The notes: generated by a model from the letters alone, not told the origin. A stretch of DNA of 64,000 bases from Nitrospirota bacterium (GCA_049325335.1 JBMOMC010000001.1:128001-192000); one strand, 5' to 3'. Positions 13,421 to 23,011 are shown, counted from the first letter of the stretch. Program-made: numbers and translations.

Positions 13421-14413
13421 TCATGCGTCGGATTTGAGGTCCCCTTCGCCCTTGAGGTACTTGCGAAAGCGCGTCATCAGTTCCTCCCCTAGAACCCCGA
13501 CGTGGGGTTTCTTGGTCATGTACGCGCGGATCTCATCTAACCGACTGTCGGCCTGTTCGTTGCCCTGGAGGCGTTTGACCTCTTGTTTGGCCTTATCGAA
13601 GGCATCGAACGTCAGCTCGGTGTATCCCAACTTGCGAATCCGCATGACGGCCTTCATCATGGCCTCGTTGCGGAATTTGGTGAGCAGGTCGGACGTAATC
13701 ACCCCGGCGCCCGCCTTGCGCGCCCGCCGCTCCGCGGCTTTTTTGATCCCGCTACGCACAAAATCGGGCGACGTCTGTAACCGCGCCCAGGCCTCTTCGC
13801 TCCAGCGCACGTCGGATTGCGGCGTCTCCCACACCCGGGTCAACGCCTCCTCGGTCATCTCCGTCACGCCCAACGTGCGCGCCAAGTCCTCGGCATCGGC
13901 TTTGAGCATCTGGATCACGAACTCGGTGGCCATGGGCGGCGTGCCCTCCACCTTCTTGGCCAGCTTGGCCAATGCGCCCTCGGTCCACGACAGGGCCGAC
14001 TGCGGGTCGGCATCCTGGCCTACCCCCAGTTGCTCGACCTTTTCGAGCAGCTCGACGTTGACTTCCATGTGACCGCGCTCGCGCGCCACGTCTTCCGCGA
14101 TCCGACGGACCATGTCCTGCATGAAAGCCGGCGCAGTGGCCAATCGTTGTTTCGCGGCCTGTGTCCAGGGTAACTGCCCCTTGGCGATCTGATCCGCCGC
14201 CTCCTTGAGCCCGGCCTCGCCACCCATCCCGCCCATGGACGCATTTTTCCACTCCGCAAGCTGCTCGGCGGTGATCACCCCAATACCCAATTCTCGTGCT
14301 TTTTTCTCCGCGAGCTTCTTGACCATGCCGCGTAGGAAGATTGGCGCACGTTGGAGGCTCTCCAGCCCGGATTCGCTCCAACGGATTTCTGATACGGGGG
14401 GCGTCACAGACAT
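13421..14413 (-). CDS. Protein with four tandem PCP_red (BchB C-terminal-like) domains
   Basis: Four repeats of W-x-x-x-A-x-x-x-L...P-x-F...E-x-x-A-R-x-x-G...IT (WSESGLESL, WTQAAKQRL, WTEGALAKL, WSEEAWARL); SD before ATG 14413. Confidence 0.8.
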   Translation of the reverse strand: MSVTPPVSEIRWSESGLESLQRAPIFLRGMVKKLAEKKARELGIGVITAEQLAEWKNASMGGMGGEAGLKEAADQIAKGQLPWTQAAKQRLATAPAFMQDMVRRIAEDVARERGHMEVNVELLEKVEQLGVGQDADPQSALSWTEGALAKLAKKVEGTPPMATEFVIQMLKADAEDLARTLGVTEMTEEALTRVWETPQSDVRWSEEAWARLQTSPDFVRSGIKKAAERRARKAGAGVITSDLLTKFRNEAMMKAVMRIRKLGYTELTFDAFDKAKQEVKRLQGNEQADSRLDEIRAYMTKKPHVGVLGEELMTRFRKYLKGEGDLKSDA

Positions 14414-14426
14414 AATCCCTCGAGCG

Positions 14427-15188
14427 TTACGGCCGTGCGGCTCGCGGACCGAATACCGCACGGGTCAGTCCGTCCCAGAACAATGAGCGCCACGCCAGCG
14501 ATTTCATCGCGCCGTTCCGAATCATGGTACGCCCTTCCGCGGTGTCCGCGTGGCGGGCAATCAATTGGTTGAACACCTCGGCATGCTCCACGTCTTCCTC
14601 TACGTGCAGCGTGAAGTACTCGATCTGTTGGTCGGTCAACGAGGTATTACGGCGAATGCCCACGATCAGCGACTTGAACATGGTGGGAATCGAAAACTCA
14701 TGACCCGGACCCACCGCGCCGAGCCCCACGCGAAAGTCCTGGTCCCGCGTCAACGCTAAGTGGCCCCTGATGTACGCATCGGTCTCAGGCAACGGCCGCG
14801 TCCGCCCCCACTCCTCGTCGCGCACGCCCATCGCGGCCAGAAAGTCCCGATACAAATGGACATGGCTGCGAAAGATCGTGGCCTGGCCCACCGACGCGTC
14901 GCGTCCACTCACCGCCCCGAATTCATCGTCAAACACGTGCCGGAACAACTCCGCGGCGTCATGGTCAGGAATCTTGGGCAGCAAGTTGGTCATGTAGGTG
15001 GTGAACACCCGGACCAACTGATAGTGCTGAAGCCCGAACGCCTTGACCTGCTCTATCGAAAGCGGCTCAGACGCAAAGCGCGCGAGGAACGGATGATTAA
15101 CGGCTTCGTGCGCGAGAATCTCGGCTTCCAGCGACTTGATGAAGTTGGTTGCGTCGACAGACGGTTTACCCGACGAAACGATGCCCAT
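14427..15188 (-). CDS. Heme-oxygenase-like diiron oxidase (CADD/TenA/PqqC superfamily)
   Basis: NHPFL, DDEFG...SHVHLY and YFTLHVEEDVEHA diiron-ligand pattern; LFWDGL. Confidence 0.82.
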   Translation of the reverse strand: MGIVSSGKPSVDATNFIKSLEAEILAHEAVNHPFLARFASEPLSIEQVKAFGLQHYQLVRVFTTYMTNLLPKIPDHDAAELFRHVFDDEFGAVSGRDASVGQATIFRSHVHLYRDFLAAMGVRDEEWGRTRPLPETDAYIRGHLALTRDQDFRVGLGAVGPGHEFSIPTMFKSLIVGIRRNTSLTDQQIEYFTLHVEEDVEHAEVFNQLIARHADTAEGRTMIRNGAMKSLAWRSLFWDGLTRAVFGPRAARP

Positions 15189-15223
15189 TGAGGATGAACC
15201 TAGATTGCTCTTGTCTTCTCTTT

Positions 15224-15246
15224 AAAACCAAGCGCTACGCGCTTGG
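15224..15246 (-). terminator. Possible intrinsic terminator
   Basis: Minus-strand CCAAGCGC-gta-GCGCTTGG followed by TTTT. Confidence 0.4.
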
Positions 15247-15363
15247 AGCCCGTTAAGGTTGGTCGCAAGGCGGAGCGAGCGCCCGCACCGCAGCGTACTG
15301 GGTCGTACATGAGGAGTTGATGCGCAGCGGCAACGCCGCAGATGGCCGCTCATGGACGGGCTC
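15246..15363. mobile_element. Small MITE-like repeat (118 bp)
   Basis: Terminal IR GAGCCCGT/ACGGGCTC; central GTAC-N6-GTAC; 22-bp AGCGGCAACGCCGCAGATGGCC recurs at 49631-49652. Confidence 0.6.
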
Positions 15364-16071
15364 TCACCCGCCCATGAATTTGGCGAACGCGGTTTTGGCC
15401 TGCTCCATCACCTCAACTGTCACCTCAGTCCGTCCCGCCTCCCGCGCCATCCGCTCGATCTCTTTCTTCGCCATCGGCCGGATGAAAAACGGAATGTTCT
15501 CCAAACGCTGCTTGGCCTCCGGCGACCACCCGAACTCCTCGCCGCCGGACTTATACCGATCCAGCATCGCCTGAGTGACGAAGGTCTGACCCGTGGACTT
15601 GGCGTAGGCCTCGACTTCCATTTTCACGGTCGGCCGCACGAAGTCCGGAATCTTAGCCAACCGATCCAACGCCTCGGCCGACCACTCCAGTCCGGCGGTC
15701 TCGGTGGACCCCGTGCCCATGCCCATGCCCGCCACCATCGACGAGAAGGGGCAACTCCCGCCGCCGGTCGACTCGGACGTGGCCGGTTGCGCCGTGGCCG
15801 CGCCCGCCGCCGCAACCATCCCCGGCATCGGACACTCGGCCGCGTCCTTTAGCGTACCTCGCGTCAATTCGAACGCCTCCGGCGCCGTGGTGCGCCCGCC
15901 GATCTTCACGCCCAGGGCCTGCACCATCTGCGTTTCACCGGGATTGGTCACCATCGAAAATCGGGCGCTGCACTTGGGACAGAGAAACTCCACCCCCAAC
16001 GACCCTTCGCCAGGCTTCTCGACCTTCTGAAACAACATAAACGCTTCACAATTGAGGCACACGAACTTCAT
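15364..16071 (-). CDS. Zinc-ribbon protein with two PCP_red domains
   Basis: CLNC...CPKC at the N-terminus; low-complexity linker with ECPM and SCPF; WSAEALDRLAKIPDFVR and WSPEAKQRLENIPFFIR. Confidence 0.82.
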   Translation of the reverse strand: MKFVCLNCEAFMLFQKVEKPGEGSLGVEFLCPKCSARFSMVTNPGETQMVQALGVKIGGRTTAPEAFELTRGTLKDAAECPMPGMVAAAGAATAQPATSESTGGGSCPFSSMVAGMGMGTGSTETAGLEWSAEALDRLAKIPDFVRPTVKMEVEAYAKSTGQTFVTQAMLDRYKSGGEEFGWSPEAKQRLENIPFFIRPMAKKEIERMAREAGRTEVTVEVMEQAKTAFAKFMGG

Positions 16072-16155
16072 TACATCTCTCCTCGCTCGGGCGTATGCCA
16101 TCCGCCCCTACAGAACATTGAATACCGGCAAACCCGAAGATTCGTGGACAGGCGC

Positions 16156-17079
16156 CTATAACCGTTCCGCAACGATCTTCCGAAAGCTCAAGCAGTCCAC
16201 GATATGTTGCGCGATCTCGTCGAATCGTACGGCGATCGGATTCCCGGACTCGATCGCCGGGCGGCCGCCGTCACAGCGCGCGCTCAACTCCCGGTCGAAT
16301 GGCACTTTGCCGAGCACGGGCACGTCCAGGTCGGCAGCCATCGCGTCCACGCTGCCGGTAAACAGGTCGTTCTCGTGCCCGCAGCGCTCACAATGGTACC
16401 CGCTCATATTCTCGATGAAACCGATCACCGGGATGCCTACGTCGCGGGCGTAGACCACGGACTTTCTCACCACGTCGGTGGTGACCTCGGACGGCGTCGT
16501 GATAATGACCGCGCCGTCCAACTCAGGGATAAAGTTCGCCAACGCGGGCGGCTTGTCAGCGGCCGCGCCGGGGGGAAGGTCCGCCAGCAACAGGTCCAGT
16601 TCCCCCCACACGATGTCAGCCAGGAATTCGCGGATCACGTTCATCTCCAACATGCCTAGCCACACCGGGCTCAGTTCCATCGAGCCTTTCCAGCGAACCG
16701 GGTTGTGTTCTTCCAGGAAGAAATCCATGGACGCCACGCGAATCCCCAACGGCCCGACTGGAGGAGCCGCGCCATCCGGCGTCATCTCGAACCGCCGGCC
16801 CGACATCCCCAACATCTTGGGCACGCACGGGCCGTTCAAATCCACGTCCACCACGCCCACGCGTTCGCCACGCCGCGCGAACGCCAATGCGAGGTTGACC
16901 GTGGACATGCTCTTTCCCACGCCGCCTTTGCCGCTCATGACCACGATCTTTCGCTTGATCCGGCCCATCCGCGTCTTGACCTGCAGCGTCTGGTCCACGA
17001 TCTGGCGCATGACCTGCGCGTCATCGGGAAATTGCAGTTTATTGAGGATGGTTTTGAGGTCAGATGTGGCCATATTCAT
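16156..17079 (-). CDS. Mrp/NBP35 (ApbC) family ATPase, Fe-S carrier
   Basis: SGKGGVGKS, DVDLNGP, WGELDLLLADLPPG, IENMSGYHCERCG; start at 17079 or 17073. Confidence 0.92.
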   Translation of the reverse strand: MNMATSDLKTILNKLQFPDDAQVMRQIVDQTLQVKTRMGRIKRKIVVMSGKGGVGKSMSTVNLALAFARRGERVGVVDVDLNGPCVPKMLGMSGRRFEMTPDGAAPPVGPLGIRVASMDFFLEEHNPVRWKGSMELSPVWLGMLEMNVIREFLADIVWGELDLLLADLPPGAAADKPPALANFIPELDGAVIITTPSEVTTDVVRKSVVYARDVGIPVIGFIENMSGYHCERCGHENDLFTGSVDAMAADLDVPVLGKVPFDRELSARCDGGRPAIESGNPIAVRFDEIAQHIVDCLSFRKIVAERL

Positions 17080-17185
17080 TCCACGGCGTCTATCATCCGC
17101 GATCGACAGGAGAGATTTCAAGGGCGCACAACCGACGCGCTCCAAGGAATCGACGCGGAATAACAAGAGGCCTACTGCGGCTGAA

Positions 17186-17473
17186 TTACTTGCCTCCGAG
17201 GATGGCGTCCTTCGCGGCCTTGGCCACGCGGAACTTCACCACTCGCTTGGCCGGGATCTTGATCGCGGCGCCGGTTTGCGGGTTGCGTCCCATACGGGCT
17301 TTGCGATTGACCAGCACCAATTTCCCGAGTCCTGGCAGCGTGAACCCGTTACGCGCTTCCTTATAAGCCAGGTTGACCAACACCTCCAAGCCCTTGACCA
17401 CTTCCTTTTTCGGCAGGTCGGTTTTGGTGGCGAGGTGGTCGATAATCTGCGACTTGGTCATTGCTTTTGCCAT
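17186..17473 (-). CDS. hup: HU family DNA-binding protein
   Basis: MTKSQII...LPGLGKL...RKARMGRNPQTGAAIKIPAKRVVKFR. Confidence 0.95.
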   Translation of the reverse strand: MAKAMTKSQIIDHLATKTDLPKKEVVKGLEVLVNLAYKEARNGFTLPGLGKLVLVNRKARMGRNPQTGAAIKIPAKRVVKFRVAKAAKDAILGGK

Positions 17474-17621
17474 ACCGGGTACCTCCTTGGGTGATAAGAG
17501 TAGAATCGTTGTCCCGAGCGGCTCCGCGCCGGGTCCAAAGCGCGGCCATCATACCGGAATTCACCGGGAATGGGAAGAGCTATTGCGTCCCACGAGACCC
17601 GGTCTCCGATGAACCGCCTCG

Positions 17622-18344
17622 TTACCCGATCGTGGGCTTCCAAATGACGTACAGCATGACCCACGTCGCGGTACTGGTCAGCAGGGCGAGCACGTACAAC
17701 ACCATGGTGAAGGTGCCGATGGCGCGATGACGCCGCGCGCCGTCCGGATACAGAAACCGGCCCACGGCTTCGGCCGCCAGCACGCCGATCCCCACCAGCA
17801 GCCCGGTCGACATCCAGCCGATGAACTTCCCCACGGTGGGCGTCGTGAACATGATACGGATGCCAAACAACACCAACGGCGTAACGATCGACGCCAGCAA
17901 AATCCACCCGGAAAACGCCAGCCCCGAGCCCTTCGGAGTGCCCACCGTGAGCGTTCGACCCTCCCCTCGTCTGACCGAGGCACGGAAGCCTAGGACGATC
18001 ATGTACACCGCCATCACCAGTCCGATCGTCACCACCAAAATATGGAACGTCAGCAATGGGCCGAATACCGTGTCGTACAATTCCGGCGGACCGCCGAATC
18101 CTTCTTCGCCTTCGAACGCCAGGGCTCCGAGGCCTCGGTTCACGTAGTAGGCCACGAAGTAGGCGATCATCGCCAGCATGGCCCACAGCGTCACCACGTG
18201 GTGCGCCTGTCCCTTGTGCTGCTTCGCCTGGCGCCAGCCCACCAGAAACATGACGGTGAACCCGACGGCCAGCACGAAACTCAAATCCGCGCCCATGGTC
18301 CCATACGGACTCAGAAAGCCAGGACTTTCCAACCATGTTTTCAT
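17622..18344 (-). CDS. DUF420 family membrane protein
   Basis: Multi-TM; HH..MLAM, FGGP, LLTFHILVV, RRHRAIG. Confidence 0.75.
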   Translation of the reverse strand: MKTWLESPGFLSPYGTMGADLSFVLAVGFTVMFLVGWRQAKQHKGQAHHVVTLWAMLAMIAYFVAYYVNRGLGALAFEGEEGFGGPPELYDTVFGPLLTFHILVVTIGLVMAVYMIVLGFRASVRRGEGRTLTVGTPKGSGLAFSGWILLASIVTPLVLFGIRIMFTTPTVGKFIGWMSTGLLVGIGVLAAEAVGRFLYPDGARRHRAIGTFTMVLYVLALLTSTATWVMLYVIWKPTIG

Positions 18345-18435
18345 CCGTCGCTCCTTTCCTCGCTTGCGAAGCGCAACGCAGGCGCGCAGTCCGCGCCGAG
18401 GCTGCGAGATGTCTTTGCCCCTCGGGTCCCTTTGT

Positions 18436-19515
18436 CTATCCGAAGGTCAAGGTATACACGTCGAACCCCGGCTCATCGATCCCCAGCGTGATCGTGTGCG
18501 TCCCATACCCCGCGCGATCGTTGATGAGACGATACAGTCGATGGTCGCTCACTTCGACCACGGCGCGTCCCTGTTCGTCGCGCCGCACATCCTCGCCCCA
18601 CACGGCCTCGTCGAGCGGCCGACCGTTTCGCAGGACCTCGAGCGCAACCCGCCGTCCCGGCGCGCCCGCCACCACGTTGACCGCCTTGGCCGTGTAGCGC
18701 AGCGACACGCGGTGCGCATCCCGGCCTACCGAGGTCACTGCTTCCTCCCCGATCGTCCACCGACCGGACAGATAAAAGAGATTCGGTTCCAGCGCGTCCG
18801 GTTCCCGGTACTCGGCCTCCCCGCGCATGCCGCGTAATCCAAGCGGGTTGCCCAAAAACTGTCCGAAATACGTGCCGAAATAAATCTCGGGCGTCGCAAT
18901 GGCCTTGGCGTCAACGGCTTCCGGCGACACCGACGCGTTCCGGGCCGACAGCACGTGGCCCTGCTCCGCCAGCAACGCGCGAATGTGCGATTCCATCAGC
19001 TCGTACCCGCCCTCGCCGATCTGGGTATGCCGGATGTGCCCACCGCGGTCGATCAGATACTTGTGCGGCCAATATTGATTGGCGTACGCGGCCCACGTGC
19101 GTTTCTCGCTGTCGATCGCCACCGGGTACGCAACGCCCAGCCGACGGACTTCCGACTCCACGCGGGCGGGGTCGCGCTCGAACGCGAATTCCGGGCTGTG
19201 AATCCCGATCACCACCAAACCGTCGTCGCGATACCGATCGTACCACGCGTTGAGGTACGGAATGGTCCGCAGGCAATTGATACAGGTGTAGGTCCAGAAA
19301 TCGACGAGCACCACCTTGCCGCGCAAACCCGCGAGCGACAGCGGCTGCGATCCGACCCAGCCCTGGAGCCCGACCAACTCGGGCGCGCCGCTCGACGTCG
19401 AGGACTCGCCCAACAAGGCGATCAGGGCGAACGGCGCCGCGGCAATCCCCAGAATCGCCAGCGTCGCGGGCAGGTATCGAGCGGCGGGATGATTGCGCCA
19501 CGACGGAAGCCCCAT
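18436..19515 (-). CDS. DipZ C-terminal-like thioredoxin protein
   Basis: LRGKVVLVDFWTYTCINC, IHSPEFAFE, NQYWP, TPEIYFG, terminal YTLTFG; single N-terminal TM. Confidence 0.88.
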   Translation of the reverse strand: MGLPSWRNHPAARYLPATLAILGIAAAPFALIALLGESSTSSGAPELVGLQGWVGSQPLSLAGLRGKVVLVDFWTYTCINCLRTIPYLNAWYDRYRDDGLVVIGIHSPEFAFERDPARVESEVRRLGVAYPVAIDSEKRTWAAYANQYWPHKYLIDRGGHIRHTQIGEGGYELMESHIRALLAEQGHVLSARNASVSPEAVDAKAIATPEIYFGTYFGQFLGNPLGLRGMRGEAEYREPDALEPNLFYLSGRWTIGEEAVTSVGRDAHRVSLRYTAKAVNVVAGAPGRRVALEVLRNGRPLDEAVWGEDVRRDEQGRAVVEVSDHRLYRLINDRAGYGTHTITLGIDEPGFDVYTLTFG

Positions 19516-19517
19516 GT

Positions 19518-20096
19518 TCAGCAGGGAATCGGAGGGGTGGCGATCGCCTTCTGGCCGGGCTGAACCGGCTTGGGCTCGTACTGAAAGACCCAACCACGAT
19601 ACGAACCGGCGGAACGAAAGTGCTCGTACTCCACTGGAAAGTTATCGTGTTTGAGCGCCGGCCCCTCGCTGGAGCTCACCACGCCTTTGATACGGTCTCT
19701 ACACGGCACCGCGTGAAACGGCCCGTTCGTGATAGGATCGAGATACCCGGTCCGTAGGTGGCGTTTGGAGTTTCGCGGGTCCTTGAGTAAGTCCTCCACC
19801 CGCAGGGGGTACTGCCGCGCGCCGGGCACCGACTCCACATAGCTCGCAATCGCGCGACGGTATTGATGGCCGCGAAACAACAGTTCGGCTTCGCGCTCGC
19901 GCTGCATCATGGTCTTCCACTGCATATTCGCGCCCATCATGCTCAAGCCGACCAGCACGATGGCAAAGAGCGCAAAAAGATAGGAAAACCCGGACTGCGC
20001 CGAGGGCGCTACCGATAAACGGCCCTGTCTTCTCGGGTGACGAAACACCCCCTGATTGTAGTAGGACCCAGGAATCTTATACGTCCCATAAGACAT
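19518..20096 (-). CDS. Type II secretion pseudopilin-like protein
   Basis: GFSYLFALFAIVLVG, REREAELLFRG, YP..VEDLLKDPR, YLDPIT; start uncertain. Confidence 0.8.
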   Translation of the reverse strand: MSYGTYKIPGSYYNQGVFRHPRRQGRLSVAPSAQSGFSYLFALFAIVLVGLSMMGANMQWKTMMQREREAELLFRGHQYRRAIASYVESVPGARQYPLRVEDLLKDPRNSKRHLRTGYLDPITNGPFHAVPCRDRIKGVVSSSEGPALKHDNFPVEYEHFRSAGSYRGWVFQYEPKPVQPGQKAIATPPIPC

Positions 20097-20106
20097 CTTG
20101 AAATTC

Positions 20107-20622
20107 TCACCACTCATTATAGGCCGTGCCGTCGAGCGCCACCAAATCGCTGCCGCTGTGCAGATCAAAAACCCCCGCGGGATTGTCACCATCGCCGACG
20201 TCTTCACGTACCTCAATCCACGTGTCGCTCGTGCCCGTGAACGGATCCATGGGCAACGCGCGCAGGTACTTCTGATCCACCAGCTCCTGGAGCGCCTCCG
20301 GGTAGCGGCCCTGGTCCGCGGCGAACTGATCGAGCACATCCCGCATGACGAACAGACTTTTCTTCAGCGATGTCTCGCGGGCTTTCACAATCTGGCCGCG
20401 ATACGACGGCTCCGCGATAGTGATCAGTATCCCGACGATCGTCATCACGATCATCAGTTCAATCAAGGTAAAACCGGCCTGTCCCGAGGGGACAGCGTGT
20501 AATCCTCCACCTCCTCGCGGTTGGCGAAGCCAACCGCCTTGCGCCGAACACGGACCACTCGCCGGACGTAATCGGGGTCGTGGCCATCTCATCAATTTCC
20601 GGAGGACGGGAGGAAGAGTCAT
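20107..20622 (-). CDS. GspG-like pseudopilin (prepilin N-methylation motif)
   Basis: GFTLIELMIVMTIVGIL, KARETSLK, YLRALPMDPFT, DGTAYNEW; start uncertain. Confidence 0.87.
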   Translation of the reverse strand: MTLPPVLRKLMRWPRPRLRPASGPCSAQGGWLRQPRGGGGLHAVPSGQAGFTLIELMIVMTIVGILITIAEPSYRGQIVKARETSLKKSLFVMRDVLDQFAADQGRYPEALQELVDQKYLRALPMDPFTGTSDTWIEVREDVGDGDNPAGVFDLHSGSDLVALDGTAYNEW

Positions 20623-20656
20623 GGTGAAACGCTCCTGGACGGAGCGAACCATTGCA

Positions 20657-21229
20657 CTACCGGCGGGCGGTGGACGCGCCACGCGGCGCTCCGACCTTTC
20701 GCTTCACCCACTGGTCGATCACGGAGCGTTTGAGGCCGTCGAGATCGACGAATTCCACGCCCACCCCGACGGACGGCCGACCGGTGTTGCTGTATCGGTG
20801 TTGCCACACCACGCGACACGTGCATTGGACCACCGTGCGGTTGTCGGGAAGGACGAACTCCACCGGGAAGGTCGCGCCCACCGCTGGAGGATTCGCGGCG
20901 GAAAAAAAAAGCCCGCTGCGGCTGATGTTCTCCGCGTAGCCGACGAAAATTTTGTCGTAGGATTTGCCGCGTATTTCCAAGACCATCACCGGCGCGCGTT
21001 CCGCGATGCGCCGCTCAGCCCCGCCCTTGGCCGCCTTCGGCGTCGCGGCGCGACGCGTGGGCTTGGGCGCAGGTTTCGCGGACCGCGAGGAACGGCTGGT
21101 CGCGGACGCCTTACGTTTGCGTTCCCCGCCTGCGGATGACGATGTGCGCTTGGTCGATCGAGCCACGGCGCGGCAACTATAGCAAGTCGTCGGGACCCAT
21201 GCAAGCACTCTCCCGTCGGAGATCGTCAC
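20657..21229 (-). CDS. PilZ-domain protein with basic low-complexity N-terminus
   Basis: ERRIAER (RxxxR), NISRSG, CRVVW, GVGVEF; true start may be downstream. Confidence 0.8.
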   Translation of the reverse strand: MTISDGRVLAWVPTTCYSCRAVARSTKRTSSSAGGERKRKASATSRSSRSAKPAPKPTRRAATPKAAKGGAERRIAERAPVMVLEIRGKSYDKIFVGYAENISRSGLFFSAANPPAVGATFPVEFVLPDNRTVVQCTCRVVWQHRYSNTGRPSVGVGVEFVDLDGLKRSVIDQWVKRKVGAPRGASTARR

Positions 21230-21705
21230 GAAGGCGGAAGCGACGCGGGTTGCAGGAACGCGGTTTGCCCGATCGCCAACGAGGCCTCATCCGCGCTCCC
21301 AGGCGGGAGCAACAACGCCGAACTCGCGAAGCGCTCTGGCGTATACTCCGGACAATTCGAATCCGTGCAGGGCCCCACCCGCAGTTCCCGATCCACCACC
21401 TGCCGGGTATCGTCCAGCCACAACACATCGGCCTCGACCTGCAGGTTCTTGGACCAGATCCGCGCGCGTTCCATGTCTTCGAACACGAACCACACTCCGC
21501 GCCCGGGGGGGAAACTCGTGAGCGCCCCCAACACGAACAATCGGCGCTCCGGCGAGTCGAACCGATCGATCGTCAGCGCACCGGAAGCCGTCTTGAGGGT
21601 GAAGGTGTCCATCCGGCGAGCGGCGGGACAAAATTGGAGCAGTACCACCACCGCGAGCAGCGCGCCCGTGACGATCCAGAGCGTCTTTCTGGTGAGGCGG
21701 GCCAT
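21226..21705 (-). CDS. DUF192-like exported protein
   Basis: N-terminal TM; GVWFVF, IWSKN...DVLWLD, PCTDSNCPEY. Confidence 0.65.
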   Translation of the reverse strand: MARLTRKTLWIVTGALLAVVVLLQFCPAARRMDTFTLKTASGALTIDRFDSPERRLFVLGALTSFPPGRGVWFVFEDMERARIWSKNLQVEADVLWLDDTRQVVDRELRVGPCTDSNCPEYTPERFASSALLLPPGSADEASLAIGQTAFLQPASLPPS

Positions 21706-21797
21706 AAATTCTCAAGAGAGATACTGAGCGACGGGGGCCGCGACCGAAACCCGGTGGCCGAGTCGCCCTACAACACGGCGGCGCGGCGACCGACCGC

Positions 21798-22100
21798 TCA
21801 GCGTTCTTCGGCGAACGCGACGAGCGCGATGTTCCGGGCGCGCTTGATGGCCGTGGTCAACTCGCGTTGGTGGCGCGCGCAATTGCCGGACAACCGACGC
21901 GGCATAATTTTCCCGCGCTCGGTTAAATAGTTTCGCAACATGGACACGTCTTTATAATTGATGCCCGCCACCTTATCGGTGCAAAATCGACAGGCCTTAC
22001 GCCGTCCGAAAAATTTTCGCTCCGTCGGCGCACCGGCTCCTTGTTTGGCGTCCCCACCACGGGAGGACGCGGCGGACGATGTCATTGGCGCGGTTCTCAT
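21798..22100 (-). CDS. rpsR: 30S ribosomal protein S18 (Cys-containing, Zn-binding type)
   Basis: [40 protein letters not shown]. Confidence 0.97.
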   Translation of the reverse strand: MRTAPMTSSAASSRGGDAKQGAGAPTERKFFGRRKACRFCTDKVAGINYKDVSMLRNYLTERGKIMPRRLSGNCARHQRELTTAIKRARNIALVAFAEER

Positions 22101-22153
22101 GGATTCTCTCTCACCCCTCTTGGCTCGTGTTCACACACCGGGCGATCGCCCGT

Positions 22154-22585
22154 TTAAAACGGCACGTCTTGGTCCGCCAATTCTTCGCTGGACGCCGCGT
22201 CGGAGGAGACCATCAGCGTCTTGCCCGCGGCCACGCTCCCGGCGCCCGCTTGATCCTGGCGTTTGGGCAGAAAATTGATCGCCTGCGCAACGACCTCGTG
22301 TTTGCTCCGTTTCTGGCCGTCGTCCGTTTCCCACCGGCGTTGTTGCAGGCGACCGTCGACAATCACCCCGTGTCCCTTGCTCAAGTACTGTCCACAGTGC
22401 TCGGCCTGTTTACCGAACACCACGATGTCCACGAAACAGACTTCCTCTTTCAGTTCCTCCCCCTGCTTATAACGGCGATTGACCGCCAGCGACAAGGTGG
22501 CGACCGGCGTGCCGCTCGGGGTATAGCGAATCTCGGGATCCTTGGTGAGATTGCCCATCAGGATCACTTTATTAAAACTGGCCAT
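22154..22585 (-). CDS. ssb: Single-stranded DNA-binding protein
   Basis: NKVILMGNLTKDPEIRYTPSG; C-terminal DVPF. Confidence 0.97.
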   Translation of the reverse strand: MASFNKVILMGNLTKDPEIRYTPSGTPVATLSLAVNRRYKQGEELKEEVCFVDIVVFGKQAEHCGQYLSKGHGVIVDGRLQQRRWETDDGQKRSKHEVVAQAINFLPKRQDQAGAGSVAAGKTLMVSSDAASSEELADQDVPF

Positions 22586-22624
22586 ACACGCTCCTCTAGA
22601 CCGCGATGATCCGTGGTGGCGACG

Positions 22625-23011
22625 TTAGGCGGACTCCGCCGACGGGGATGCCGCCACCGCAACCGGCGTTGCGGCCCCGGTATGCGTCGCCGCGGCTTCA
22701 CGCGCGAGTTCCTCGGCCAACACCTTGGGATCACACTTGATGGTCAAAAACTTGATCACGGCGTCTTCCACACGGTACTGGCGCTCCAACTCCGACACCA
22801 ATCCCCCGGGGCCGCGGAACCGAAAAAAGACGTACGCGCCCTTTTTCTCTTTGCGCACTTCGTACGCCAGCTTCTTCTTCCCCCAGTTTTCGGTTTTGAG
22901 GATCTCGCCGCCGTGTTTTTCGATCACGCCGCGCATCTTCCCCACCAGACTGGACAACTCCTCGTCGGTCAGGGAGGTCTTGACGATAAAAATGGTCTCA
23001 TAGACCGTCAT
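22625..23011 (-). CDS. rpsF: 30S ribosomal protein S6
   Basis: YETIFI, WGKKKLAYEVRK, GAYVFF. Confidence 0.97.
   Translation of the reverse strand: MTVYETIFIVKTSLTDEELSSLVGKMRGVIEKHGGEILKTENWGKKKLAYEVRKEKKGAYVFFRFRGPGGLVSELERQYRVEDAVIKFLTIKCDPKVLAEELAREAAATHTGAATPVAVAASPSAESA

Noticed and set aside
13421..16071. PCP_red domains as evidence of photosynthesis
   Set aside because: Only the small C-terminal-type domain is present; no BchN/BchB catalytic or BchL sequences were seen.
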